In this document: piece after piece, positions 38,764 to 48,839 of the stretch | Numbering within the stretch: position 1 is the first letter of the stretch | How the letters are laid out: the number at the start of each line of letters is the position of its first letter | Source of the DNA: Candidatus Sysuiplasma jiujiangense | Lineage (GTDB): Archaea; Thermoplasmatota; Thermoplasmata; Sysuiplasmatales; Sysuiplasmataceae | Length of the DNA stretch: 64,000 bases | Assembly: GCA_019721075.1 (NCBI GenBank) | Contig: JAHEAD010000009.1 | Coordinates: 29,888 to 93,887, forward strand | Direction of reading: 5' to 3' | Notes under the pieces: model-generated | Told to the model about the DNA's origin: nothing | What the model saw: only the letters and a program-made list of their open reading frames with translations | The model's database searches: none | Translations under genes and position numbers: made by a program

Positions 38764-39411
38764 TTGGCAAGAATATCACCATCGATACTTTCAAGCGATT
38801 TCGGGGATCTCAGGCGAGAGATCCTGAAAGTTGATAAGGCAGGCGCTGACAGCATACACATAGATGTCATGGACGGGCATTTTGTACCGAATCTTACTTT
38901 CGGACCGGCTCTTATCAAATCGATAAGGAGCGCCTCAAAGCTCAGGTTCGACGCCCATCTCATGATAGAACGGGCTGACATGTTTGTGGATAAATTCTCG
39001 GAAGCCGGGGCAGATCTGATCATCATACATCCGGAGGCAAAGCACAGCACAGCTGATGTTATCAGAAACATCAGCGGTATCGGGAAATCGAGCGGGCTGG
39101 CATTGAATCCTGAAACGCCTTTCCATACGGCGGAAAAATTTATGGGCGACATCAGTCTCCTGCTGATCATGACAGTCCACCCCGGATTTGGCGGGCAGCA
39201 GTTTCTGCCGGAGGTTCTTCCGAAGATCAGGGAAGCGAGGAATTACATCGACAGGGAAGGCATTAAGGTTTCAATTTCCGTGGACGGTGGCATAACGCCG
39301 GAGAATGCTGTTGATGCGCTGAAGGCCGGTGCCAGCGAGCTGGTAGCCGGAAACGCCATATTCAAATCGGAAGACGCTGAAGCGGCCATAAAGTTCTTTA
39401 AAAAACTGTAA
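38764..39411 (+). CDS. rpe: Ribulose-phosphate 3-epimerase
   Basis: ISPSILSSDF, IHIDVMDGHFVPNLTFGP, VHPGFGGQ. Probable TTG start (the ORF track begins upstream at 38698). Confidence 0.85.
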   Translation: MARISPSILSSDFGDLRREILKVDKAGADSIHIDVMDGHFVPNLTFGPALIKSIRSASKLRFDAHLMIERADMFVDKFSEAGADLIIIHPEAKHSTADVIRNISGIGKSSGLALNPETPFHTAEKFMGDISLLLIMTVHPGFGGQQFLPEVLPKIREARNYIDREGIKVSISVDGGITPENAVDALKAGASELVAGNAIFKSEDAEAAIKFFKKL

Positions 39412-39686
39412 ATCTGAAATTTCAACTTCGGTTGGAACAGCGAATCCTGCCTGATCTCCGATACTGTTGGCACCAGTCGCCCGGCGGTGGCAAAAGCATT
39501 AATAACCCGATACAAATAGATGATAACGGGCAGACAGCTATGGAATCGATCCTGACTTTCATAAATTCACATCGTATGGGTTTCAAACCGTTGAACCGGA
39601 TGCGCAGCGTTGTGTGACAAAGGGCTAGATTGTTTTCCTCAAATGCTGGTTGCGCCCTGAAACCAAAAACAAAAGAAGTGAAAGAG

Positions 39687-41018
39687 ATGGCAAATAATGA
39701 ACACATCAATATTGACCCGTCGACAACAAAATACCTTATACAGGCACGGCTGAATGCCGACGGAATAGTCGAGAAGCCGGATGTCGTTGGCGCGATATTC
39801 GGCCAGACAGAAGGACTGCTCGGAGAGGAACTTGATCTGAGGGATCTGCAGAAAGGGGGAAGGATCGGAAGAATTGAAGTGGACGTTACTTCAAAGATGG
39901 GTAAATCGGAAGGCACCGTCCTGATACCATCAAGCCTTGACCAGATTGAGACGGCAATACTCGCATCTTCCCTTGAAACAATAGATCGGATAGGTCCGTG
40001 CAAGGCGAAGATTGCGGTTGAATCGCTCGAGGACGTAAGAATATCAAAAAGGAACAAGATAATTGAAAGATCAAAGGAACTGCTCACACAGATGTCCAAA
40101 CAGTCCAAAACCAGCGGACTCGACCTGCTTGAGGCCGTCAGACAGAACATAAAAACAGAAGAACTCACCTACTTCGGAAAGGAACGGCTTCCTGCCGGGC
40201 CCAATGCCACGGATTCCGACGCAATAATAATCGTCGAGGGAAGATCAGACGTAATTAACCTGCTTAAGAGCGGCATAAGGAATACAATAGCGGTAGAGGG
40301 GACAAACGTCCCCAAGTCCATTCAGGACATTTCAAAAGAAAAGGTCGTGACTGCTTTCGTCGATGGCGATCGCGGCGGTGAACTCATATTGAAAGAGCTT
40401 CTCCAGGTTGCGGAAGTCGATTTCATTGCCAGGGCTCCCAAAGGGCAGGAAGTGGAGGAACTCACCCAGAAACAGATAATGAAGTGCCTCCGGAATAAGA
40501 TGCCGGCCGAGCAGTATGTCGAAATGTACGGTATCAACGTACAGACACCCGACCAGCGTGAACAGCGGGAACGCGAGGCCGGACACAAGAGAAGGGAGGA
40601 CAATCATCACCCCAAGCAGTTGGAGGTTGTCGAGAAGAGGGTCAGACCGGACGAAGCACAGCAGGAAGAAAATGACAGCAGGCAGGCGGCACAGCCTGTC
40701 AGACCGGAGCATCTGCTTTCGGACGTACAGGAAAATCTTAAGGAAATACTCAATTCACTGGCCGGAAATTCGAAAGCTGTCCTTCTCGATGATTCGGGAA
40801 ATCGACTGGTCGAAGTTCCGGTAAGGGAGCTGGTAAACAACCTGAGGGAACAGGAGGCCGGAAAGGTCAGCAGCGTTGTCTTTGACGGCATCATCACTCA
40901 GCGCATACTGGATATTGCCTCCGAAAAGAAAATCGGCACGCTTGTTGCAAGCAAACTGGGCAGCATAACAAAACAGCCTGATAACGTGGGCATATGGGTT
41001 AAAGAGGAGTTAAGTTAA
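39687..41018 (+). CDS. dnaG: Archaeal DnaG-type primase (TOPRIM; exosome-associated)
   Basis: TOPRIM motifs IIVEGRSDVINL and VDGDRGGELI, ~440 aa. Confidence 0.85.
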   Translation: MANNEHINIDPSTTKYLIQARLNADGIVEKPDVVGAIFGQTEGLLGEELDLRDLQKGGRIGRIEVDVTSKMGKSEGTVLIPSSLDQIETAILASSLETIDRIGPCKAKIAVESLEDVRISKRNKIIERSKELLTQMSKQSKTSGLDLLEAVRQNIKTEELTYFGKERLPAGPNATDSDAIIIVEGRSDVINLLKSGIRNTIAVEGTNVPKSIQDISKEKVVTAFVDGDRGGELILKELLQVAEVDFIARAPKGQEVEELTQKQIMKCLRNKMPAEQYVEMYGINVQTPDQREQREREAGHKRREDNHHPKQLEVVEKRVRPDEAQQEENDSRQAAQPVRPEHLLSDVQENLKEILNSLAGNSKAVLLDDSGNRLVEVPVRELVNNLREQEAGKVSSVVFDGIITQRILDIASEKKIGTLVASKLGSITKQPDNVGIWVKEELS

Positions 41019-41056
41019 TTAAGCGTGAAGAAGAGTTGATGTACGCGGGTCTGTAG

Positions 41057-42577
41057 ATGCAGGAAAACAAGCAACAGCTGATTTCGGAGATAAGCACTAC
41101 ACAGGATATTTCAATACCGCAGGATCCGCTTGAAAGGGTAATAGGACAGGACGAGGCAGTCAATCTTGCCAGGGTTTCGGCAGTGCAGAGAAGAAACCTT
41201 CTCCTTGTAGGACCCCCCGGGGTAGGAAAGAGCATGATTGCCCGCGCGCTTTCCCTTCATCTTTTGCCGCCTACACAGGAGCTTCGTGTCGTTCACAACC
41301 CGGAAAATCCTGAAAGACCCACAGTAGAGGTGAAACGCGGGGAAGACACGGAGGCTGAAAAGGCCAGCAGGGAGTATGCCGGGGGCGAAGTGATAGATCC
41401 GACAGAGGCACCGATTACGGTGGCCGAACGTCTCGGTTACAGGTGCAGAAGCTGCGGAACGTACTCCTCCCCGAGAGAGGTCTACTGCCCAAAATGCCAG
41501 AAATCGAAAATGCTGGGAACCTTTCAGGGCCAGGGGAATCCGTTCAGCGATATATTCGGAAACCTGTTCGAAATAACGATGGGACAGGGCTTTGGCACAG
41601 ACAGAGTGACGACAACCAGAAAGAGATTTGACAAGGAGGAGGTCGTCGTCTATGAACGGTTCGGGGACAACATAAGGGTTCTGGACCAGAAGGCTCTTGA
41701 GAAGAGAAGGACAATAGAAAAGCAGAGTCCTCACAAAGTCATAGTTCCTTACAGGAGAAACAATTTCATAATGGTGGCCGGAGCGAGCGAAACCGAACTT
41801 CTCGGGGATGTGAGGCATGACCCTTACGGAGGGCACAGTCAGCTTGGCACACAGCCCTATGAGAGGGTGATACCCGGCGCAGTACACGAAGCGCACGAAG
41901 GCGTCCTCTATATCGATGAATTGCCTCACCTTGGCCAGCTGCAGAGGTATATACTCACTGCGATGCAGGAAAAGGTCTTTCCGATAGAAGGGCACAATCC
42001 TCAGAGCGCAGGTGCTGCTGTCCGCGTCGACAATGTACCGTGCGATTTCATACTTGTAGCATCGTGCAACATACAGGATCTGCAGCAGATTATCTCTCCG
42101 CTGCGTTCGAGGATCGTAGGGACCGGCTATGAGGTGCTGCTTGAAACGACAATGAAAGACACGGAGGAAAACCGTGCCAAGATAGCCCAGTTTGTCGCCC
42201 AGGAGATACAGAAGGACGGCAAAATACCGCACGCGACGCCCGAGGCTCTGGCTGAACTGATAAAGGAGGCGTCCAGGCGTGCCAAATCCATTGACGGTAA
42301 GGACGATGCACTTACACTCAGGCTCAGGGAACTCGGAGGTGTTGTGAGGGCAGCCGGAGATATAGCGGTGATGGACGGAAGCACCCTCATGGAGGAAAGG
42401 CACATCAGGCTGGCCCTCAAGAGAGCGCGGCCGGTTGAGGAGCAGATCAAGGACAAATACGGCTATTTCTACAAAGCAGTAAATGACGAGATGACAGCCG
42501 CGCAGCGGCATGCAGGAAACGACTACTGGTATGAAAACGAAGTTTCCCAGGAAAACAACAAACCCGGATATGGCTGA
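41057..42577 (+). CDS. LonB-like AAA+ ATPase with a Zn-ribbon insert; no transmembrane segment or protease domain detected
   Basis: Walker A LLLVGPPGVGKSM, Walker B VLYIDEL, LonB-like sensor region GHNPQSAGAAVRVDNVPCDFILVASCN. The insert CRSCGTYSSPREVYCPKCQ sits between Walker A and B. It ends at 506 aa without an S-K protease dyad region. Confidence 0.65.
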   Translation: MQENKQQLISEISTTQDISIPQDPLERVIGQDEAVNLARVSAVQRRNLLLVGPPGVGKSMIARALSLHLLPPTQELRVVHNPENPERPTVEVKRGEDTEAEKASREYAGGEVIDPTEAPITVAERLGYRCRSCGTYSSPREVYCPKCQKSKMLGTFQGQGNPFSDIFGNLFEITMGQGFGTDRVTTTRKRFDKEEVVVYERFGDNIRVLDQKALEKRRTIEKQSPHKVIVPYRRNNFIMVAGASETELLGDVRHDPYGGHSQLGTQPYERVIPGAVHEAHEGVLYIDELPHLGQLQRYILTAMQEKVFPIEGHNPQSAGAAVRVDNVPCDFILVASCNIQDLQQIISPLRSRIVGTGYEVLLETTMKDTEENRAKIAQFVAQEIQKDGKIPHATPEALAELIKEASRRAKSIDGKDDALTLRLRELGGVVRAAGDIAVMDGSTLMEERHIRLALKRARPVEEQIKDKYGYFYKAVNDEMTAAQRHAGNDYWYENEVSQENNKPGYG

Positions 42578-42595
42578 TACTGCATCGCCTGACAG

Positions 42596-43051
42596 TCAGA
42601 GCTGGCGCACCATCCGATAGCCGTCCTCCATATCCGAATAATACCTGCTCAGCACGCCGGCAATCTGGAAGCCGAATTTTTGGTAGAAGCGGATTGCGCC
42701 GATGTTGCTCTTTCTGACTTCAAGCGTTATCCTCCTGACCCCACGGACAGCGGATCTCTTCATGAAGTCGAGCATCATCATTGACCCGATGCCCCTGTTC
42801 CGGTATGGCGTCTCCACGGCAAACATGAGTATCCTTGATTCGGATCGTCCCTCGAGCGCGCCCAGGAGCATGGAAATAATCCTTCCCCCCTCCTCCGCCA
42901 CCATGAAACCTTCATTCCACTGTCGGGATTTTTCCAGATAGAGTGTTCTCGGATAGAATTCTCCCAGTGAACCAAGGACGAGTTCTGAGACGCTTTCGAC
43001 GTCCTCGGAGCGGAATTCCCTGATTTCTGCCATTTTCGTGATTGCAAACAC
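42596..43051 (-). CDS. GNAT N-acetyltransferase (RimI-like)
   Basis: LGALEGRSESRILMFAVETPYRNRGIGSMMM acetyl-CoA binding motif; 151 aa. Confidence 0.7.
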   Translation of the reverse strand: MFAITKMAEIREFRSEDVESVSELVLGSLGEFYPRTLYLEKSRQWNEGFMVAEEGGRIISMLLGALEGRSESRILMFAVETPYRNRGIGSMMMLDFMKRSAVRGVRRITLEVRKSNIGAIRFYQKFGFQIAGVLSRYYSDMEDGYRMVRQL

Positions 43052-43243
43052 ATTCGCTTTTATTTTCTTTTTGAATCGCCTTCAGCGCGCAATATACACC
43101 GCCGCAGCGCCCAGGGACGGCTGATATTCACACTGGCACTCCGGAGCTATGGTTATAAATAATCAATGCAATAGCCTCGCCATCAGGGAATAACAGTATG
43201 CGGCAGACACATGTGATGGTTAACGAAGGAGTTCGCTGATAAA

Positions 43244-44431
43244 ATGGGAATGAATTATGATGTTGTCGTTGTCGGCGCCGGTCCCGGCGGGAGCGTTGCC
43301 GCAAAATACGCCGCCAAATCGGGTTGCTCTACCCTTCTGATCGAGAAGAGGCAGGAGATAGGAACACCTGTCAGATGCGGGGAGGGCATAGCAAAAAGGT
43401 GGCTTGATGACGTTGGAATAGAGCCCAGCAGCAAGTGGATAGCCAATGAGGTTGACGGCGCGCGCATAATTTCACCCAACGGAACAGTGCTGACAGTGGA
43501 CGAAAGCCGCGCCGGAAACGAGTGCGGCTACGTCATACACAGGGACGTGTTTGACATGACTCTTGCGCAGCATGCTGCCGCCGCAGGCGCTGAAGTGATG
43601 GTCAAGACTTCTGCAACGGGCATCATCAGGGAGGATGGTATGATCAAAGGGATCAGGGCCCGCTCCATGGGAAAAGAATTCAGCATAAGGAGCAATGTGG
43701 TGATAGCTGCGGATGGTTTCGAGTCGCAGGTGGGAAGATGGGCCGGCCTCAACACAAATCTGAAACCGAAGGACGTTGATTCCTGCTATGAATACACACT
43801 CGTGGACGTCGACATCGACCGGCGCTATACAGACTTCTTTATCGGAAACATTGCACCGGGCGGCTACATTTGGATGTTTCCGAAGGGCGATGACGTCGCG
43901 AACGTCGGTATCGGTGTTCAGACAAGCAAAATCAGGGGTCCGGGTGAGGCAAAGATGTACCTTGACAGGTTCATCGAAAAACATCCGGAATTCAGAAAAG
44001 GAAAACCGATCATGGAGATAGCCGGGGGTGTTTCCATCAGTCCACCGCTTGAAAAAACAGCACTTCCCGGATTCATGCTCGTGGGGGATGCTGCCAGGAT
44101 GATAGACCCAGTGACCGGGGGCGGAATCTACAACGCGTGCGTCGCAGGCAGGATAGCGGGTGAGGTTGCGGGAAGAGCTGTTGAGCGCAACGATTTCAGC
44201 CAGCAGATGATGGACGCCTACGAAACCGGATGGCGCGAAAGGATGGAGGAACACCTTTACAGAAACTACCTGATGAAGGAGAAGATAGCAAAACTTGACG
44301 ATGAAACATTCGACAAGCTTGTAGATGCAATGACGAAAGTGGACATGAAGAGAATGACCACGCTCGACATACTCAGGGCAATACAGCAGAAATATCCCGA
44401 ACTTGTAAAGGAGTTTGAAGAGTTTCTCTGA
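43244..44431 (+). CDS. ggr: Geranylgeranyl reductase (digeranylgeranylglycerophospholipid reductase)
   Basis: FAD motif YDVVVVGAGPGGSVAAKYAAKSG, GDAAR and PVTGGGI. Confidence 0.9.
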   Translation: MGMNYDVVVVGAGPGGSVAAKYAAKSGCSTLLIEKRQEIGTPVRCGEGIAKRWLDDVGIEPSSKWIANEVDGARIISPNGTVLTVDESRAGNECGYVIHRDVFDMTLAQHAAAAGAEVMVKTSATGIIREDGMIKGIRARSMGKEFSIRSNVVIAADGFESQVGRWAGLNTNLKPKDVDSCYEYTLVDVDIDRRYTDFFIGNIAPGGYIWMFPKGDDVANVGIGVQTSKIRGPGEAKMYLDRFIEKHPEFRKGKPIMEIAGGVSISPPLEKTALPGFMLVGDAARMIDPVTGGGIYNACVAGRIAGEVAGRAVERNDFSQQMMDAYETGWRERMEEHLYRNYLMKEKIAKLDDETFDKLVDAMTKVDMKRMTTLDILRAIQQKYPELVKEFEEFL

Positions 44432-44506
44432 GACACGGCATTAGCCATGCCGTGGAAACACAGGATATAAATGCAAGCATATTCTGCACTCTTACGGTGT
44501 GCCTGA

Positions 44507-45811
44507 TTGCCTTCAATATCAACTTCTGATACGATAAGCGCCGAACTCGACGGGAGAGAAGTTAAAATTGGCGGATGGATTGAAGACATCAGGGATCTTG
44601 GCGGAATATCGTTTTACATCGTGAGAGACGGATACGGTGCGGTGCAGGTCACTGTAGTCCGGAGGAATGCGCCAGCGGAAGTCATCTCGGCGCTTGAGGG
44701 CGTCCAGAGGGAAAGCGTAATAGAAGTCAGAGGGAAGATAAGGAAATCAGAAAAGGCGGGAAGGGGCTTTGAGCTCATACCTGATGAGATAACTGTTCTT
44801 TCCGCAGCCGGAGCCCCACTTCCGCTGGGAGTTGTCGACAGGGTCGGAACTGAAGCCGAAACACGCTTCGACAACAGATTCCTTGATCTCCGTAAGGAAG
44901 AGAAGAGTGCGATATTCAGGGTCAGGGCTGAAATGTCGTACAGAATGCGTGAAAAGCTCAGGGAGATGCGTTTTGTTGAGGTTTTCACTCCGAAGGTCGT
45001 TTCCGAAGGCGCGGAGGGTGGAGCAACGCTGTTCAGGGTTGACTATTTTGGAAAGAAGGCATTCCTGGCGCAGAGTCCACAGCTCTACAAGCAGATACTC
45101 ATGTCTACAGGCCTCAACAGGGTTTATGAGATTGCGCCCGCCTACAGGGCGGAGCTGTCCGACACGGTGAGGCATACATCCGAATTCGTCTCATTCGACG
45201 CAGAGATTGCTTTCATCGACGGCCTTGAGGACGTGCTGAACACGCTGCAGGAGCTGATGGTCTACACAATTTCCAGGACGGCCGAATTCATCAGGGAGCG
45301 CTTTCCATCCCGTTTCACTCCGGAAATACCGAAGACTCCCTTCCCGCGTCTCAGGTACAGCGAATGCCTCGACTTGCTTGCTTCGGAGCACAAGGAAATA
45401 CGGGAAGGAGAGGATCTCGACTCGGAAAGCGAGAAACTGATTGGCAGGATAATGAAAGAGAAGGGCTATTCGATGTATTTCATCACAATGTATCCGGCTT
45501 CGATCAAGCCGTTTTATGTAATGGAGGACGGCAACGGCATGTCCTTCTCATTCGATCTTGAATTCGACGGGACTGAGATGGCTTCCGGAGGGCAGAGGGA
45601 GCACAGGTACGACAGGCTTGTATCGAGAATGAAACAGAAAAATCTTGAAATCAGCGCGTTCGAGTTTTATCTCAAAGCTTTCAGATTCGGGATGCCGCCG
45701 CATGGGGGCTGGGGTCTCGGATTTGACAGACTCGTAAACTCATACCTGAAACTGGGAAACATAAGGGAGGCAATTCTTTTTCCAAGGGACAGGACCAGGC
45801 TGGCACCCTGA
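44507..45811 (+). CDS. aspS: Aspartyl-tRNA synthetase, archaeal type
   Basis: N-terminal OB anticodon-binding domain, class II motifs (FRVR, GGATLF, GLGFDRL). Confidence 0.9.
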   Translation: MPSISTSDTISAELDGREVKIGGWIEDIRDLGGISFYIVRDGYGAVQVTVVRRNAPAEVISALEGVQRESVIEVRGKIRKSEKAGRGFELIPDEITVLSAAGAPLPLGVVDRVGTEAETRFDNRFLDLRKEEKSAIFRVRAEMSYRMREKLREMRFVEVFTPKVVSEGAEGGATLFRVDYFGKKAFLAQSPQLYKQILMSTGLNRVYEIAPAYRAELSDTVRHTSEFVSFDAEIAFIDGLEDVLNTLQELMVYTISRTAEFIRERFPSRFTPEIPKTPFPRLRYSECLDLLASEHKEIREGEDLDSESEKLIGRIMKEKGYSMYFITMYPASIKPFYVMEDGNGMSFSFDLEFDGTEMASGGQREHRYDRLVSRMKQKNLEISAFEFYLKAFRFGMPPHGGWGLGFDRLVNSYLKLGNIREAILFPRDRTRLAP

Positions 45812-46135
45812 ATGTACACTCGGTCATATCTGCAAATTGGGAGGCATTGGCAGGCATGTTCATGTACACGCGGCGGAAGACGGCAGCTGCAGGGGACATA
45901 CATTTTACAGATGCTGCTATCTGGAGCATGTTACAAACAATGGGAAGACACCTTATGCCACTGCCGTGCACATAGGTCAGTCATCTTTTCACGGCATGAA
46001 GACGCACGAAAGGTGTGAAGATCGCAGGCGGCCGCGGAAATTGGCAGAGGCATGTTGCCTGAGAAAAACTGCGGGCCTTGGCAACTGAAAGTGATGGCAA
46101 GATAATATATTTAAAAACACATAACGCGACTGAAG

Positions 46136-46654
46136 ATGGGAGATACATACGAAAGAGAGCTGAAAGGGATCCTCGGCGGGGAGGGGGCCTTCATCGAGAG
46201 GATATCCAGGACCCTTCCTTCTGCGGAAAGGGAGTCATACCAGAAGCTCAGAAGAAAGCACTTTCTTGTGATACGGGCTGCAGGATCCTTCGGCGTTGAT
46301 CTTCTGGCCGTAAGGGGAAATTTTGCATTCCCCATAGAAGTCAAGAGCTCAAGGAGCGATGTTTTCCGTTTCAGCCGGAGTGAAAAGCTTGCTTTCCAGG
46401 CAGCACGCATGAGGGAACTCTGCGAACAGTCGGCACTCGTTCCTGCATATGCATACAGGCTGAAAAACGCCGATTCTGATCCATGGAGGCTCTTCACGAT
46501 TCAGGATTCATCCGACGGCCTCAAGGGAATACAGGCACTCCTGTTCAGGAAGCTTCCCAAAATCGGAATGACGGAGGACGGGAACGGAATTATGAAATGG
46601 TCAGAGGGGATGAAGTTGAGTTCGTTTGTAGATTACTTCAGCGAAATGATGTGA
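46136..46654 (+). CDS. hjc: Holliday junction resolvase Hjc-like, with a ~30-aa insertion
   Basis: YERELKGIL, VIRAAGSFGVDLLAV, IEVKSSRSD match Hjc (ERELIKLL, VVRSAGS..DLVA, IEVK). Confidence 0.55.
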   Translation: MGDTYERELKGILGGEGAFIERISRTLPSAERESYQKLRRKHFLVIRAAGSFGVDLLAVRGNFAFPIEVKSSRSDVFRFSRSEKLAFQAARMRELCEQSALVPAYAYRLKNADSDPWRLFTIQDSSDGLKGIQALLFRKLPKIGMTEDGNGIMKWSEGMKLSSFVDYFSEMM

Positions 46655-47124
46655 TCGCGGGCTGCTACAGGGTCCGGCAGCAATCCGCGGCGGGGTGCAT
46701 GCGGGCGGTTGCGGCGTGGTATTTATGAGCATGGTCCCTAAAATCAATTAAATAATCCTTCGGCAATACACCCTCGAGGCTCAGACGGGGATTGGTTCAT
46801 CTTTGTTGAACTGTGTCAGGCAGTGCTATGCATCATTTGGAGCGTTTTTGCACTGGGCGATTCCCGAGGGGTGCTACATTTGATACTGAAAAATCCACAG
46901 GAAATGACAGGCGACAGCGAATGCATTACAGAATGTGAACCCTGGCCCGGGTTCCTGGAGAACGATTTGAATCTGCCCTTATCTGTCCCGGTAACAGGCA
47001 CGATGCATGAAGGGAAGAGCGAAGTTGCGAAGATCTGAATCCAAGGTGTATGAAGATGGAATTTCTTTCAGCCATTCCGGTTTCGCAGCGCGCGGCCATG
47101 CTTGTGCGGGCTCTGGTGGAATAG

Positions 47125-47670
47125 ATGGCTGAGGTGGTCAAAATAGGGCTAACCGGCCTTCCGGGCTCAGGAAAGACCAGCACCCTCCTGAAACTTGTGG
47201 AAATGCTGGAGGAGGAGGGGAAGACCGTCGGCGGCATGGTTACCGAGCCGATTGTGGAAAACGGCAGAAGAAAGGGCCTCCGCATATACAACAAAATGAC
47301 AGGTGAAAGCGGAACGCTTGCGCATGTAGACATCGAGTCGAGATACATGTATGAGAAATTCGGAGTCGATCTCACCGTTCTTGAGAGCATAGGGGTAAAG
47401 GCACTGGCGGATGCGGAGGAGAAGGCGGACGTCATAATCGTCGACGAGGTCGGAAAGCTCGAAGTTGAAAGCGAGAAGTTTGTCGACGAGGTCAAGAACG
47501 TGCTGGATCTTGACAAGCCTGTCATACTTACGCTGCACAAGAAGTCGAGAAACCCGCTTTTGCAGGATATAAGGAAGAGGGATGACATACGGATACTCGA
47601 GGTTACGCCGATCAACAGAAACCTCCTTCCTTACAAGGTGATGAAGCTCATGAAAGGTCAGCTATGGTGA
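47125..47670 (+). CDS. Nucleoside-triphosphatase THEP1 family
   Basis: IGLTGLPGSGKTS P-loop and IIVDEVGKLE Walker B; ~180 aa. Confidence 0.8.
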   Translation: MAEVVKIGLTGLPGSGKTSTLLKLVEMLEEEGKTVGGMVTEPIVENGRRKGLRIYNKMTGESGTLAHVDIESRYMYEKFGVDLTVLESIGVKALADAEEKADVIIVDEVGKLEVESEKFVDEVKNVLDLDKPVILTLHKKSRNPLLQDIRKRDDIRILEVTPINRNLLPYKVMKLMKGQLW

Positions 47671-48815
47671 AAAATGACGATTTGCGCGAAGTCACCGAAG
47701 GGAAGGTTAACTACTTCGTTCCCTCGGACTACAATTTAAACGGCCCCGGCAGCATAACAGGAAGCGCGTTCTACAACAGGCAGATGGAGTTCAACAGGGA
47801 CGTATGCATCGCATTCCTTGCGGGCACAGCCTCCGACGGATTCAGGGTACTCGACGCAAACGGCGCAACAGGCATACGATCCGCGAGAATTGCGATTGAA
47901 ATACCGCTCCGTCTCAGGATTACCTGCAACGACACTGAAAAGAACGCCACTTCCCTGATGAGGGAGAATTTCAGAAGGCTTGGCCTCGACGGCATCAGGA
48001 TTACTTCCAGGAGGGCTCAGGCACTGCTTGCCGAGGAACATTTCGACTACATCGACATTGATCCGTTCGGCACCCCTGCCGGCTACATACCGGCGGCGGT
48101 ACAGTCGGTTAGCGGCGGCGGGATTATGGCAATCACGGCCACCGATGCGGCAGTCCTGTGCGGCTCGGCCCGCGGCTCTGAAAGAAGATATCTATGCAGG
48201 GCAGGGAGATGGCCGTTCATGCATGAGGTCGGCCTGAGGAATCTGACAGGTTATGTCGTGCGGATGGCAGCATCATATGACAGGGCCGCATACCCTCTTC
48301 TTTCCTATTATGCCGACCATTATTTCAGGATTTATTTCAGGTTCGCGGATGGGGGGACAAGAGCTGAAAAGCAGCTCGAGTCAATCGGCTACGCGCATTA
48401 TGACAGCAGGACGGGCGAGAGGAGGGTGGACCTGGAGTATGATGCCAGGGCCGCAGGACCGATGTGGATCGGACCCCTGCACGACAGAAATACGTTGAAC
48501 TCACTCAGTGTCCCTGACGGGTCAGGCACAGGAAAGAGACTGGCGAAATGGATTGATATGTGGAAGAATGAATGTGATGCGCCGCCGTTGTTTTACAGAA
48601 TGGACGAGATTGCATCGATGCTCAGGATCAGCATGCCGAAAAGGGAAGAACTGCTCGGGCTTCTTTCTACCGAGACCCCCGCAGTCAGGACGCACTTCGA
48701 CAGCAAGGGTTTCAAAACACGGTTGACCATGGGTGAAATACGCCATAAACTCCTCGATATTTACGGAAAAACGGATGTATCAGACACCCGCGGACAAATA
48801 CCAAATACGGGATAG
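47664..48815 (+). CDS. trm1: tRNA (guanine26-N2)-dimethyltransferase Trm1
   Basis: FYNRQMEFNRD, DIDPFGTPA and the C-terminal Trm1 domain. Confidence 0.85.
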   Translation: MVKNDDLREVTEGKVNYFVPSDYNLNGPGSITGSAFYNRQMEFNRDVCIAFLAGTASDGFRVLDANGATGIRSARIAIEIPLRLRITCNDTEKNATSLMRENFRRLGLDGIRITSRRAQALLAEEHFDYIDIDPFGTPAGYIPAAVQSVSGGGIMAITATDAAVLCGSARGSERRYLCRAGRWPFMHEVGLRNLTGYVVRMAASYDRAAYPLLSYYADHYFRIYFRFADGGTRAEKQLESIGYAHYDSRTGERRVDLEYDARAAGPMWIGPLHDRNTLNSLSVPDGSGTGKRLAKWIDMWKNECDAPPLFYRMDEIASMLRISMPKREELLGLLSTETPAVRTHFDSKGFKTRLTMGEIRHKLLDIYGKTDVSDTRGQIPNTG

Positions 48816-48839
48816 CCGTTCCAACCGCGGCAGCAGGGA

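Noticed and set aside
39422-40168. 248-aa minus-strand ORF antisense to dnaG
   Set aside because: Ser/Pro/Cys-rich low-complexity translation opposite a clear TOPRIM primase; spurious.
41111-42511. 466-aa minus-strand ORF covering most of the LonB-like gene
   Set aside because: It is antisense to a plus-strand ORF with unambiguous Walker A/B and Lon sensor motifs. It has no motifs of its own and a Cys/Arg-rich composition typical of antisense translation of GC-rich coding DNA.
46655-47124. RNase P RNA or SRP RNA in the hjc-THEP1 gap
   Set aside because: CR-II/CR-III-like fragments are present but out of order, and no P4 pseudoknot halves (GGAAAGUCCGGGC…ACAGAA.CCGGCUUA) were found. No SRP helix-8 motif was recognised either.
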